DNA from: Octopus sinensis
Lineage: Eukaryota
Reading direction: 5' to 3'
DNA: 64,000 nucleotides
Assembly: GCF_006345805.1 (NCBI RefSeq)
Contig: NW_021834155.1
Coordinates: 1-64,000, forward strand
Below the pieces are notes generated by a model. The model ran no database searches. It worked only from the letters and a program-made list of their open reading frames with translations, and was not told the origin of the DNA. Positions 1 to 13,919 of the stretch are shown in pieces (position 1 is the first letter of the stretch; each line of letters opens with the position of its first letter). The position numbers and the translations under genes are program-made.

Positions 1-108
1 GAACTGGCTTACAAGAATAAATCCTGGAGTTGATTTGTTCGACTAAAGGCGGTGCTCCCAGCATTACCGCAATCAAATGACTAAAACAAAATAAAAGAAT
101 AAAAGAAT
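1..108 (+). mobile_element. SINE family A, 3' end
   Basis: Diverged match to the 3' module of complete copies (e.g. 42480-42882): gactaaaggcggtgctcc..aaatgactaaaac plus AAAAGAAT tail. Confidence 0.8.
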
Positions 109-134
109 ATATATATATATATAATATATATATA

Positions 135-170
<36 letters not shown>

Positions 171-250
171 TATTAATAGTAATGGTAAGACAACAAAAGA
201 ATGAAAGAGACCTCGATATTATGTAAATAGAGGAATTTATCTGTAAATGT

Positions 251-443
251 AATATATGACAATTATTCATTATTCTGTTGCCATAATAAAACTCCGAGTT
301 TTCGGATGTCGGGGCGGAAACCTGCTCTCCGGCATCTCTTCAGTTATCGAGGCAATCAAAACTGAAGAGATGCCGGTGCAGGTTTCCGCCCCGACATCCG
401 AACTCGGAGTTTATTATGGCAACCGAATAATTGTTCACATATT
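251..443. repeat. Long imperfect inverted repeat (about 95-bp arms, 13-nt loop), probably a Penelope-derived terminus; each arm carries a hammerhead-like core
   Basis: 251-345 is the reverse complement of 359-443 with a few indels; both arms contain CTGAAGA..GAA(A). Confidence 0.8.
286..347 (-). ncRNA. Minimal type I hammerhead ribozyme-like motif
   Basis: Minus strand: ATAA-CTGAAGA-GATGCCGG..CCGACATC-C-GAAA-ACTCGGAGT-T-TTAT; stems I, II and III can form, stem II junction imperfect. Confidence 0.55.
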
Positions 444-620
444 GACGATCGTCATCATCATCATCATCTTCATCAACAGCAGCAGCAGTAATAGTAGCAG
501 TAACAACGGTACCAGTAACAACAACAGCACTGGTATCACTCTTATATATTTCTTGCCAGACTGGAGTCTCAATCGTGGCCACTGGTTTTAATTGATTAAT
601 ATCAATTTCTACCCTTATTC

Positions 621-686
<66 letters not shown>

Positions 687-822
687 GAGAGAGAGAGAGA
701 GAGAGAGATAGGTAATAAATATAGTTAGCTGAATAACAATATACATCAGAATCTATCTCTAAATTTGATAATCCTGCAGACTCCATTGAGGTGAGTGTAG
801 ACGCACGCTTTATTAGTGGTTG

Positions 823-884
<62 letters not shown>

Positions 885-1168
885 GCGGTGGTGGCGGCGG
901 TGTTGGTGGCGGCGGCGGTGGCGGTGGTCTTATGACGTCGTATTCTCTATGAGTAGGTAAGAGTAAATATTTTGGCAAACGGTAATTATTTGAGATGATG
1001 AAAATGTCATCTGTTTCTGTCCTTTAGGCAGAGAGCCATAGAAGACGAGTTACTTGATAGCTTGGCAGAAATGTCTCAACGCGATTGAGACTCCAGTCTG
1101 GCAAGAAATATATATAAGAGTGATGCCACTGCTGTTGTTGTTACTGCTACTGTTACTGCTGCTGCTGT

Positions 1169-1221
<53 letters not shown>

Positions 1222-1238
1222 TGATGACGATCGTCAAT
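441..1238. repeat. Inverted duplication: 441-575 and 1082-1238
   Basis: The unique core cactcttatatatttcttgccagactggagtctcaatcg and the adjoining (ATC)(AGC)(AAC) tract recur reverse-complemented. Confidence 0.85.
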
Positions 1239-1416
1239 AATGCAAGAGGAGTTGGTTGTTACTAGACTACATACACTGTACTGACACAGCATTTGGCTGA
1301 AGGACCTCATTTAGTTGGCAAACATCAGAGAGAGAGATAGAGAGAGAGAGAGGGGGAGGGGAGAGAGAGAGAGAGGAAGAAAGGAAGGAAGAAGATGAAT
1401 TGCATCAAGAATTTGG

Positions 1417-1417
1417 A

Positions 1418-1497
<80 letters not shown>

Positions 1498-1505
1498 AAG
1501 AAAGA
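1417..1505. repeat. (AAAG)n microsatellite within a purine-rich tract
   Basis: Direct reading. Confidence 0.95.
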
Positions 1506-1697
1506 AGACGAGCAGAGAACAGAGACAAGACGCGAAGGGTGAAAGAGATGGAATTAGTGAACGAAAATTATAAAAAATGGAAGGAATGAAAGAATGGAAA
1601 GAAAGACGCAATGGAATTGTAATTAAAGGAAAGGTGAGAGAAAGAGAGGGAGAGAGAGAGAGAGAGAGGAAAAGGTGAGAAGAGAGAAGGAGGAGAT

Positions 1698-3832
1698 AAG
1701 AATGGAGTGAGTCATTGAGAAGAAGTTTAGTTGTCTCGAATAGACACGAAGAAAACCTCGAAGTTTATATGCATAAGCGCGTGTGTGTGTATAGGTATGT
1801 ATGTATATAGGTGTGTATGTATGTATGTATGTGAAAAAAAATGTGTATTGTATTAGGTATTCTATATTGCTTGTGGTGCGGTGGATAATGTCTAGGTGCG
1901 ATGATAACCGATGAGGAAATGCAGCTGGAATATAAGACATTCAGAAGAGAGTCTGTGAGTGAAAATGATATTAAAAACAAATTAAACAGACGTCTCATGA
2001 GAAAGAGGACTGTCTTCTATTTTAATCCACACAAGAAATGTTAATGGGTACCTTTGGGTACATGAGGCTTTAGAACGAACGATGGCAGGTGGGTAGAGGC
2101 GTGGGGTTCTCACCAGTATGCGAAAGAAGGCTCACAATGTTTCCCATTTTGTCTAGAATTTTTTTTTTTTTTTAGTTATTGATTCTATGTATTTTCTTAT
2201 TCTCTGCAATTATGGTTTTATTTTTAGCATAATCTCTTTTCTTGATCCATCTTCCACTTCTGCCCCTCATCTTTAAACATTAAAATCTTACTGAGTTCTT
2301 GTTTGCTTGGCTTCCATCCGATTTGAATTAAATAAAATCTCAGTCAGGATCTGGTAATCGTTTGTTTCCTCCACAAAAATCTATGGCGCTTGTGCCTCTC
2401 TTTTACAAATCATTACTATTTAGAATTATGCGCATCATAGCTTCGTTTCGCAAACGAATATCTATGAAGGGATTTTTCTATGTTAACTGCAAACTCGCTG
2501 GTGGTTGACAAAGCTGATAAAAGGACAAGCAAGCCTGCCTGTTGTGGTTGAGAGATAAATTTGTTCATAATTTCAGCCCTGCCTATGTTCTCAAACGAGG
2601 AGACAGACGGATAAATGGAACCAAACCTAGTCATTATAGTCTAAAGTAATTCATTGGTGATGGTCACCGTAACATGCACCAAAGGATATCTTCTCAGAAT
2701 CATTGCATCTTTTCTTTTCGCGCTCCTTCGTCGCGATGGTCTCTGAACAGATCTGCATTCAGTACAATCTTGATTATGCAACTATCTTCCATTTTGGAAA
2801 TCTGTCCTGCCCAGCACAGTTGAAACTTTAACAGCGCCGCTTCGACGTTTGTGATTTTTGCCCTTTCAGGGACTTGAATATTGCCAACAAAATTATGGCA
2901 GAGGGTGTTGAGGATAGTGCGAAGCAGCGCTAGTGGTGGTCGGTGCTCAAGGAGTTGTAATGACGTTAGGTAACTGATAACATGAAGCCAACAAGATCAT
3001 GATCCATATATTGGCCCTTTACACGCTGATCTTGATACCTTTTCTCAGATGATCGTTGTTCTAGATTCTTCGTACAGTCTGATGAATGCCCTGTTTGTCT
3101 TTGCCAGTCTGTTGTCAAATTCACAATAGATTTCGCTATAATGTGCTGCACTTGGTTTAACTGATTGACTGCCTTCAAACCTGACTCACTGATAGAGAGG
3201 GTGGTAATCTTCCTGAGATGTCGGATGGGTTATAACTTCTGATTTCCAGTTCAAAGAGTTCGGTAGCCTCTGCAAAGTAGGATGTTACGCGTTGCATTTT
3301 GATTCTAGGCGGGCAACAAGTTCAGCATGCCCGGAAAAGAGTAGCACCAGGGTGTGCCATCCCACGGTGGAACTGCTGTAGCCTCAAGCTGAACAGGCTG
3401 CTATTGTTGCGGAATTGGATATAGAGACCATCGTCCACATCGAAATATTTTGTGGCCTTCACAAGATTTATGCAGAACGCCAGCCTGCATCGTTCCACAG
3501 GCCACGTTTGCTCACGGTGCCGAACGGCATTGCAATGTGTACAAATATCTTCTGAATGTCTTATATTCCAGCTGCATTTCCTCATCGGTTATCATCGCAC
3601 CTAGACATTATCCACCGCACCACAAGCAATATAGAATACCCAATACAATACACATTTTTTTCCACATACATACATACACACCTATATACATACACACCTA
3701 TATACATACATACACACCTATATACATACATACATACCTATACATACATGCGCTTATGCATATAAACTTCGAGGTTTTCTTCGTGTCTATTCGAGACAAC
3801 TAAACTTCTTCTCAATGACTCACTCCATTCTT
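1698..3832. repeat. Inverted near-identical duplication: 1698-1948 and 3548-3832
   Basis: Unique parts are almost identical in reverse complement; the differences lie mainly in the internal (TATG)/(TG) tract. Confidence 0.9.
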
Positions 3833-4045
3833 GTTCTGTTCCTTAGATTTCACTTGGAGCTGCCTAAAAAACTGATACTACGTAGGTAGTAGCTCTATGG
3901 GCTTCCACTCCACATTGGATCCCTGGGAAGTGTTCTGTTGCAATGAATGGCACCACTTAGTTCAGGAGTATTCTTGCAACAATGGAGAACAGAGTTATGC
4001 GCCAATAGTTGGAGCACCTTTCTTCTTGTGTGGGGTGATGACACA
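2430..4045 (-). mobile_element. Decayed RTE-clade (BovB-like) LINE: RT, C-terminus and 3' end, interrupted at 3548-3832
   Basis: Frame-broken peptides GITLFSIVARILLN, RQLQVKSKEQN / FVHIAMPFGTVSKRGLW, ATKYFDVDDGLYIQFRNNSSLFSLRLQ, EFDNRLAKTNRAF and LLKFQLCWAGQISKMED occur in RTE ORF order. Confidence 0.8.
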
Positions 4046-4549
4046 TCGGTACAAAATCAAATTAAAATTCAGAGATTACGGAGACGTAAATATAACTAAT
4101 CTCTGTACACTCTAAGTTCGAATCCTGCTGATGAGGATCTTACCTTTCATTCATCCTGGGTCGATAATATAAAGTGCCAATCCAATATTATAGTCGATTT
4201 AAGTGATCGTCTCATCTCCATTAAACTCCATGTTATTACTTTAATAGAATAGAAACTATTGTTAAACAGTTAGATTTTCATTTAAGCTACATGTGTAAGC
4301 TTTTAGAGAAGTGAAGGTCTGGTTAAATCCTATGAGTTAATAGAGGGGAAATTAGACACCCAAGCAAGGTCAATGAACAACTGTGTTATTTATTAAACCT
4401 AGATAAATAATCTCCAGAAACACGGGTTAGCGTTGGGCGTCGCAGCTCCGGAGCTGAAAGATGGGAGAAAAGCGGTCGCTTCGTTTGGTTGTGGCTTAAT
4501 GCGGGTGCGAGTGTGTGTGTGTGTGTGTGTGTATGTGTGTGTGTGTGTA

Positions 4550-4602
<53 letters not shown>

Positions 4603-4722
4603 GAGAGAGAGTTTATATAGTGTACACGTTTATGTGTACACCTAGAAAGTTCAGTCTCCTACAAACATGTACCACCACTCCTAAAAACACACACATGAAA
4701 ACACTCTATACACGTCTGCCTC

Positions 4723-4758
<36 letters not shown>

Positions 4759-4773
4759 CACATATACATACAT

Positions 4774-4858
<85 letters not shown>

Positions 4859-4867
4859 TATAGATAA

Positions 4868-4908
<41 letters not shown>

Positions 4909-5502
4909 CGTGTGTGTGTGTGTGTAATCGATATATGTTTTAATGTATGTATGTATGTATGTATGCATGTATGTATGTGCATGTGTGTGTGTATGTATGT
5001 TTATATATTACTTCCACAAATACTATACCGGCCTCGTAACGATTACCAAATAAATTAACCTGCGTATGTGCGTCTATGAATGTGTGTGTGTGTGTGTGTG
5101 TGAGTGTGTGTGTGTGTGTGTGTTGTGTGTGTGTGTGTGTGTGTGTGTGTGCATACGTGAGTAAATGAATGAATGAATTGCAGGAAGAGTGTGTGATGGC
5201 GCGTATGAGACCCAGTTCGCCATAATCCGTTAATAAGCAAGAGCTAACGTGTCCAGTCAAGCGTGCGATAATCTCCTCCGTAATTATCACTCCGCTTATT
5301 TCATTGTCACTGACCGACATCCAATCAAACATTACAGGACGGAACGTTAAATCCATCTTTGCGGTTGGTTTCTTTGCACACACACACACACACACACACA
5401 TACACACACACACACACACAAAGGAACAATCAAACGCACACGCGCGCACACACACACACACACACTCATGCAAGTATTATTTTTATTACATCATCATCAA
5501 CA

Positions 5503-5865
5503 TCGCCACCACCACCACCACCACCACCACCACCACCACCACCAAAACCACCACCACCACCACCAAAACCACCACCACCACCACCACCACACTAGCATCA
5601 CCACCACCACCACCACTGCCGCCGCAGCCACCGCCACCACCACGACCACCACGACCACCAGCATCACCACCACCACCAGCATCACCACCACCACCATCAC
5701 CACCACCACCACCACCGCCGCCGCCGCAGCCACCACCACCACCACCACCACTAATACCACCACCACCACCATCACCACCACCAGCATCACCACCACCACC
5801 AGCATCACCACCACCACCAGCATCACCACCACCACCACCACCACCAACACCACCAACACCATAAC
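5503..5865. repeat. Imperfect (ACC)n/(GCC)n trinucleotide array
   Basis: Direct reading; source of the poly-T/P/H ORFs. Confidence 0.95.
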
Positions 5866-5902
5866 ACTGAATGTTGTGTGTAGTTATTGCATACACATGT
5901 AC

Positions 5903-5947
<45 letters not shown>

Positions 5948-6466
5948 GTTTCAGATATTTCTTTGCAAAGACATTTTAATCGAGTAGCAAACGGCTTAGC
6001 CAGCAGTGGCGTGCGCGCACACACTCACACACATATGGACACACATGCAAAGAAGCAGAAAATATAGAAAAATACTTATATATATACATAAAAAACTAGA
6101 GCGTAATAATGTTTTCAATCTATCATGCTTAAAGAATTTGTTCCATATTACACACACACACACACACACACACCACACATACACATACACGCATCTAATT
6201 ATATACAGAATATGCTTTATAAATATATATATATATACATACATACATATATATATATATGTGTGTGTGTATACATACATACATACACACACACATACAC
6301 ATACACGCATCTAATTATATACAGAATATGCTTTATAAATTATATATATATACATACATACATATATATATATATGTGGTGTGTATACATACATACAACA
6401 CACACATACATACATACATACATACATACATACATACACACATACATACATACATACATACATACA

Positions 6467-6497
<31 letters not shown>

Positions 6498-6566
6498 GCG
6501 CATGTGAGTCCGCTATGTCGTAAAATATATCATTCTAGTACTTAGATTTATTGCAGCTTCGTTGGA

Positions 6567-6610
<44 letters not shown>

Positions 6611-7129
6611 GAGAGAGAGAGAGAGAGAAATAGAGAGAAAGAGAGAGAGAGAGAGAATGAGAGGCGTTTTGAAAGGAAATATTTTTAATAAGGTTGTTTA
6701 GAATATTTTGCGGTTGGTTAGAGTGTCTACGTATGTAACGAAGTGAATGATTATGTTTTTCGAAAGGAGAGACCTGAAAAATTGAAAGTCGGATCAAAAA
6801 ATTGACAATCTAGATGTCGTGGACGTTGGACGGATGGACTGGTGAAATTGTTCTGGGTCTGGTTTAGTCCCGATGTCCAGGCGGAGAACAACCTAGACGA
6901 AGTAATGAGCTGAGGCCAGTCTCGTTCGAAAATGTACAGTAAGGAAGCTATCCTCGAAGAGGGTAGAGGTGGCGAATGTGTACATCATCTAACCGTCGTG
7001 CTTTGTCTCAGTTCACGTCTGACCGGACTGGGCAGTGTCACATATTTCTGCATCACTGAGATCCCGAGCACAGCAATATAATAAGAAAGAATCATCCACA
7101 CCGATGTCACCACCGGTTTGAGAGACGTC

Positions 7130-9300
7130 GAACGAATGTCCACCCGCAAAACAAACGGGTACAAGCTCAACACAAAAATACAAACACAAACCAAGTAAAT
7201 GAAAAAGGGACAGAGTCACGGTCAAGTGACTTCCATGCTGCAAATTCTCTTCCTCTTACATTTCGTCATACAACGAGAAGAAAAAGAAGGACTTTGGCTG
7301 AAGCCGTGGCGGAGGGAAAATGTGAAGAGAGAAAACTAACAACAGAACACTGAAGGCGGGAAGGTTCGACGAGATATTGAAGAACCTGGCACAACCACAA
7401 CCACCACCACCACCACCACCACCACCAACACCAACACCACCACAGAAGAAAAAGAGAAAGGTCTTTGGAGAGTTTATTCCCCAAACATCGTTTTATTAGA
7501 CTCCTGTTGAAACATCATCATAAGGCTTTATGACCGTAGAAAAAAGACTTTCTATGTGATGTAGAAATGTTCTGATAGAGTAGAGAAGAACCTGTTGGAA
7601 GGACTTCTCAAAGAAGCACCCCACCCTCCAAGAAGACTGGCTTATTTGTTCTTCGAAACTTAGCATAGTTTTATAGCCGGAGGAGAAAGTGAAGACAAGA
7701 AAATCAATTCCGCTGTCTCTGAGACTAGAACTTTGGTATAACTGATGGTTGTCTGCAAACAAGTACAAAATCTTTATGAGACCGTCACACATTTAAAAGC
7801 TGAGCTTTCTGGCCTGAACCACCAAATATATTACCCTTGATTCCTCCGTTCAACATGGCCGAGCGAAGAGTAAGTTCTATGAAAATGCCAAGAGCCGGAC
7901 TGAAATCAAAATTATTTCATGACCCGGGTAACTGGATTTGAGTGTGGTGATCATCATTAAGACCAAGAGATCCTGCGCGTAGTCATTAACGGTTTTTTTT
8001 CCCGTGAAGACAATGATTTATACGCGTATTTCGACATATCGGAACGGCAGATTTGTTGCTGAATGATCTTAATATTAATGTTCGGATGACCTTCCTGGAC
8101 TCGGTTGTCTGAATCTGAACAGTGAAGAAGGAGTGTTAGAAACAAATACAATGATACCTCGTTTATCGCGGTAGTTTGGTTCCGAGACCGGCCGCGATAA
8201 CTGAATTTCCGCGAAGTAGAGACACCACATTTACAGTATTTATTTAACGTGTATTTGGACTTTTAAAAACCCTCCCTGTACTGTTAACAACCCACCCATT
8301 ACAGTAGTCTATTAATAACAAGGACTACTGTTAAGCAATGACACTTTAGATTTTAAAAAATAATAAAGTTTGTAAAATTTGAATGATGATGGTGATGAAT
8401 TTGCTGCACCGTAGAAATTATGATGTTGAAGCGACGGCGGTGCCCTTTCCTGGGACACCTCTTCCACTTCTTCCGAATGTGCAACCGTAGTAGTAGCAGC
8501 AGGAACTGGCTCTTTTTTGCGACGCTGTAAAAGCATTGTGATAGGAAGTTGCTGCCACTGCTTCTTTTTCTGTTCAAAGAGCATCTTGTAAGGATTCATG
8601 ACTTCGTCGACCCTGTTGCGAAATTACACAGAACGAACCATATCGTCGTCCCATTCCTGTTCATATATATATATATTTAAAATCCGTGGAAGTCGTGAAT
8701 CCGCGATAGTTGAACCGCGAAGTAGCGAGGGATCACTGTAGTCGTTTAAGTCACGACTTAGGCAGGGAGAAGACATTCTTCTCATCAGTGCTTGTAGATG
8801 ACTGGAATGGCACTTTAAAAGCACACTGGGCACATCCGCCATGAGATGGAGTGTAAAAGCCTCGCAACTATGCTCAAACGTTTCCAACTGTGAGACATCA
8901 TTTGACATGATTTCCCAAATGTGTCAAAGTAGACGTGGGCATACTGCTCCGAGTCATCTGTAACTAGATAAAGCATTTGCTCGATCGGCGAACATCCATT
9001 GCATAAGAGTCCATAAAAATTTCTGCTGATTGGTTTCACTGACCAAAAGTCTGTGATCTGTACTTTCAACATAGATATAGAGATAAAGGTTCGATTACTG
9101 GAAGCAGAGTGTATCGCTTCCAGTACAGAAAGCCTATGGTGACCGAGTCACTGAACAAGTTAAACAGAAGCTAACGGGAGTGACCACCAACAGCCAGAGG
9201 CAAATCCCTTTGAAGATGGCTATTATTGTAGAATCGATAAGTTACAGTAAAGTAGTGACAGAAAACAGATTAGTACGCTACTGAGGAATGGCACATAGAA
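7130..9300 (+). mobile_element. Highly decayed CR1/L2-like LINE RT region, interrupted by a Tigger-like element
   Basis: Faint motifs only: LRVVINGFFS, LLNDL, DVGILL..KHL. Boundaries uncertain. Confidence 0.35.
8149..8738 (-). mobile_element. pogo/Tigger-type non-autonomous DNA transposon
   Basis: TIRs caatgatacctcgtttatcgcgg / ccgcgaagtagcgagggatcactg; TA duplications at 8147-8148 and 8739-8740; remnant peptide MNPYKMLFEQKKKQ resembles a Tigger C-terminus. Confidence 0.85.
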
Positions 9301-10739
9301 CATAAAGAAGGGTGACACCATCGACTATTTTGCCAAATAACTTTGGCCAAGGTTCTTGTAAAGAGAATGGCACTTGTAAATGGTAATGTTACTTGGAGTA
9401 CTTAAACCTGTAAGATTGCTGGTAGGTCTCTTTACGAAAACTTCCACCTCTTGTGATACACCATAGAAGCAATGGGTCACGAATCTGGCTTCAATGGAGC
9501 TCTGATCCACTTCGATCATTCTAAGGCCTTCAGGACACTTGCTTCAGCAAAAAAAGGCAGCTGCTCAGTGGTTAGACTTTAAATAACCACCGAACAAAAT
9601 CATTTCGAATGACCCACTCAGTTCGTCGAAGATGTCCTCTCTTATTTTCCACTACACTCTCGGGCCATTACTGCGGAAGTTAGAGGCGCCGAAGAATGTC
9701 GTGTCAGTGACGTAGTGTCAGATTCGAAACGGTCGGTACCGAGTGAAAAGAATACGAGACGGTAACAGAAAAAATGCATCTCGTAAGAGGGCCTGCAGCT
9801 CGGCCATTGGATGAGGCAAATTCATGCTGGCCAGTATCATGGATATGCAGGGCAAAAGATCCTTCGAAACTGCTTGCATCCAGGCCACAAAGTGATTAGT
9901 AACTGGGACGGCTTTACAAGGAAGGTGGTAAATCTCACCCAGAAGTGGAATCGACTGAGCCAACCACCCTAAAATTGCCGCTTCTTATGTCAACATTCGA
10001 AAAATTATTTTATTTGCTTATGTTTTTTAATTGTCTCCCAAATATAAAGAGTTGGTTGTTGAACAAATTCCACAAGGCTTTCCCTAATGGTTGTCTGGTT
10101 GGTTTATAAGTCTATAAATATATCTTCAGACAAGTGCTCTAGCCACCTTGCATATATTAGCTTCAAAAACAAATCATCTTTTTCTTCAGTTTATTTAACT
10201 TAATCATTTCCCCATTATTTATTTATTTATTTATTAAATTATTTATTATCGCCAGTTCTTCCCTTATACTTTTGTCGCATCTGCTTACCGTTACGTACAT
10301 ACATACGTACATACGTACATACATACACACATGCGTACATACGTACATACATACACACATGCGTACACAAATACACGGTGAAATAAGCACATACATACAT
10401 ATATACACATATATACACAGAATATACTAAATATATAAATAATACTTATGTGCTTAAGTACACATACATTGCGACTGTATATGTGTGTGTATATATGTAT
10501 GTGTGTAAATATATTTGTATACAAATCTTTATGTTCATGCATAGATACACATACAAAATACATTTATATATATGTATATACATGTATGAATATATATATG
10601 TGTGTGTGGGTGTGTGTATTTATATATTGACACAAATTCTTACATGTATATTTATACATGCACACAAGTGTATAATTTATATATACATATCTATGGATGT
10701 ATGTGATTGTTTTTTTCCTAATTCCTTTTAACGTTTGTA

Positions 10740-11236
10740 AGAATGTATGTATGTATGTATGTATGTATGTATGTATGTATGTATGTATGTATGTATGTGT
10801 GCATGTATGTATGTATGTATGTATGTATGTATGTGTGTATGTATGTATGTGTGTATGTATGTATGTGTGTATGTATGTATGTATGTATGTATGTATGTAT
10901 GTATGTATGTATGTATGTGTGTATGTATGTATGTATGCATGTATGTATGTATGTATGTATGTATGTATGTATGTATGTATGTGTGTATTATGTATGTGTG
11001 TATGTATGTATGTGTGCATGTATGTATGTATGTATGTATGTATGTATGTATGTATGTATGTATGTATGTATGAATGTGTGTATGTATGTATGTGTGCATG
11101 TATGTATGTATGTATGTATGTATGTATGTATGTATGTATGTATGTATGTATGTATGTATGTATGTGTGTATGTATGTATGTATGTATGTATGTATGTATG
11201 TATGTATGTATGTATGTATGTATGTATGTATGTATA
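10740..11236. repeat. About 500-bp (TATG)n microsatellite
   Basis: Direct reading. Confidence 0.97.
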
Positions 11237-11440
11237 GACAGCTGCAAGTATTTTCGGAAGTTCGGAAACCTCAATTTCCAGAAATTTTAGAAATTATTTT
11301 GATGAATTCAAGCTGTGCCGCTATTTTAAATGTTAAGAAATGGTAAACTCTTGAAGAGATTCTTCAAGTTCGTTTAGGAATTTTCTGTGGCTGGAATCAG
11401 CGCCATTAGAACTTTGAAAGCAACCATTACCATTAAAACC

Positions 11441-11472
<32 letters not shown>

Positions 11473-11754
11473 CAGCAACAACAATAACAACAACATTATT
11501 GTACGACCAACAAAACACATTATGCAAGTAAACGAAGGATCCTCTATATGATAGCTCGATCTGCTGAAATAGCAGCCGAATCCGTCTCAAATCAACTATT
11601 ATTCTTGGAAAAAGAAAACCCCATTGTATATATTTTATTGTGTCAGGGGTGAGTCATTCTCTTCTGGTGTCTTATTATTTAACACACGCACCGGTTCGAT
11701 TTCCACTCATTTACTTATTTATTGACCCGGAACAACCAAGCCAATGTGGGGAAA

Positions 11755-12975
11755 AGTTGAAGCAGATCGAAAGTACCGAATCTGCAATGACAATATCGAT
11801 ACAGTGGACCATTTAATTTCTGGATGTTGTTGTTGTTGGCATCCTTTTTGTCTCGGGAGACAATGGAGTTGCGCATAAAGTAGTCTAGTCCGGCTTTTAC
11901 ATTTCATGTCCTGATACATTTCCTGCTGTGGCTGTGTAGTCCTATCCTGGACAAACACTCCCTCTGGCAGGTACCGCAAATGTAGCGAAGACTGTTCCTA
12001 GCTGGCTGTAATGCCATAGTTTCTTGTTGACGTCTTTTCTTGTTTTTCCATTTCTCCTCTCTCTCTCTCTGTCACTCCTTTGTATTCCCTCTTTTACGGT
12101 ACGTCACCAATCTCCACGGTTGCCGGCAACTGCCTCCCAACCGCTAATATTGATGTTGCAGGCCTTCATGTCCCTTTTGCAAACATCCTTGTAACGTAAG
12201 AGCGGTCTACCCACAGACCTAGTACCCCTAGCAAGCTCTCCGTAGAGTATGTCCTTGGGGATTCTGCCATCTTTCATACGGCTAACATGCCCAAGCCATC
12301 TCATACGTCTTTGTGTGAGGAGTGCAAACATGCTTGGTATTCCTGCTTGCCTGAGGACATCTTTGTTGGGGATATGGTTCTGCCATTTGATGCGGAGGAT
12401 TTTCCGGAGGCAGCGCAGGTGAAAGATGTTTAGGCGACGCTCTTGGCGTGTGTATAGCGTCCAAGTCTCACTTCCATACAGTAGAGTGCTAAAGGTTTAG
12501 CAATAGCAGAGTATAAATCAAAACATGGAAGAGTCAACCAACATCTTCACTGGTTAATATGTCAGCATATGGTATAAGCATCACCCTGAAGCTGTAACTG
12601 AGGGAGAAAGTGTGACGATTCTTTGGGACTTTCCAGTACATACAGACAAACCCATCAAAGCTAATAAACAGGATATTGTTGTAAAACCAAAATAATAAAG
12701 TCTGTTTATCGATCGACATACGTATCTCTTGTGATCACATTTCAGTAAAAGAATTTGCCAAGCTCAGAAAACATAATATTTGCTCATTGAAATCGAAAAA
12801 ATGTGACAACTCAAGTCAGTTACAATACCAGTGATTGTAAAAACGTTGGGAATGATTAAAAAAAAGGAACGAAGAATTATTTGTGAATGATCCCTGGCTT
12901 AACATCCATGCAGGAAGTGCAAAAGATTGTTTTAACTGGAATGTTACGCGTTTAATGAAGAGTATTGTCGCTGTT
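11755..12975 (+). mobile_element. Decayed R4/Dong-type (RLE) LINE 3' part, split by an RTE insertion
   Basis: RICNDNIDTVDHLISGC zinc knuckle at 11770-11828 resumes after 12490 as HLHWLICQH..ILWDFPVHTDKPIKANKQDIVV (restriction-like endonuclease). Confidence 0.8.
11826..12489 (-). mobile_element. 5'-truncated RTE LINE with intact 3' end and (AAC)n tail
   Basis: STLLYGSETW, RWLGHVSRMKDGRIPKDILYGEL..GRPLLRYKD, C-terminal CGTCQRECLSRIGLHSHSRKC, then tail. Confidence 0.9.
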
Positions 12976-13056
12976 GGAACGATTACCAACCATTTAGATG
13001 CTGTTCGGAGCTAATACTGCTTCCGTCTCTAATAACGAACACACACACACTCACAC

Positions 13057-13123
<67 letters not shown>

Positions 13124-13621
13124 CATATGTATATATATATTTATATGCGCATATATGTATCTTTGTGTGTATATATATATGTGTGTATAAATATATATAT
13201 ACGCATATATATATGTGCGCATGTATGTATGTGTGTATGTATGTATGTATGTATGTATGTATGTATGTGTGTGTGTATATATAACTATATAAGTATGTAT
13301 GTATGTGTATATGTATGTATGCATGTATATATGTATGCATGTATATATGTATGTACGTATGTATGTATGTATGTATGTATGTATGTATGTATGTATGTAT
13401 GTATTATGTATGCATGTATATATGTATGCATGTATATATGTATGTATGTATGTATGCATGCATGTATGTATGTATGTATATATGTATGTATGTATGTAAT
13501 GCATGTATGTATGTATGTATATATACACAGTTGTTTACGCACACATTCAAAAAGGCTTTCAGCCAAACATATACGCATGTGCAAACCCACCCACCAACAC
13601 ACACGCACACACAGGATAACA

Positions 13622-13662
<41 letters not shown>

Positions 13663-13879
13663 ATATATATATGCACATAATCAATAGCTGCAGCTCCGCA
13701 GCTTTCCAAAGTGGTTTATTACGGGTGACTTCACATGCATCAATTTATTACGGGTGACTTCACACCCATCAATACCGCTAAATGGCAAAATAGTCGACGT
13801 ACAAACAAATACTCCAGCATGTCACTTTTATGTAATTTATTTTACCTGGTGTGTGTGTGTGTGTGTGTGTGTCTGCGTG

Positions 13880-13919
<40 letters not shown>

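Noticed and set aside
2103-2120. HTGENP on the minus strand resembling a C2H2 zinc-finger linker
   Set aside because: No Cys/His finger on either side.
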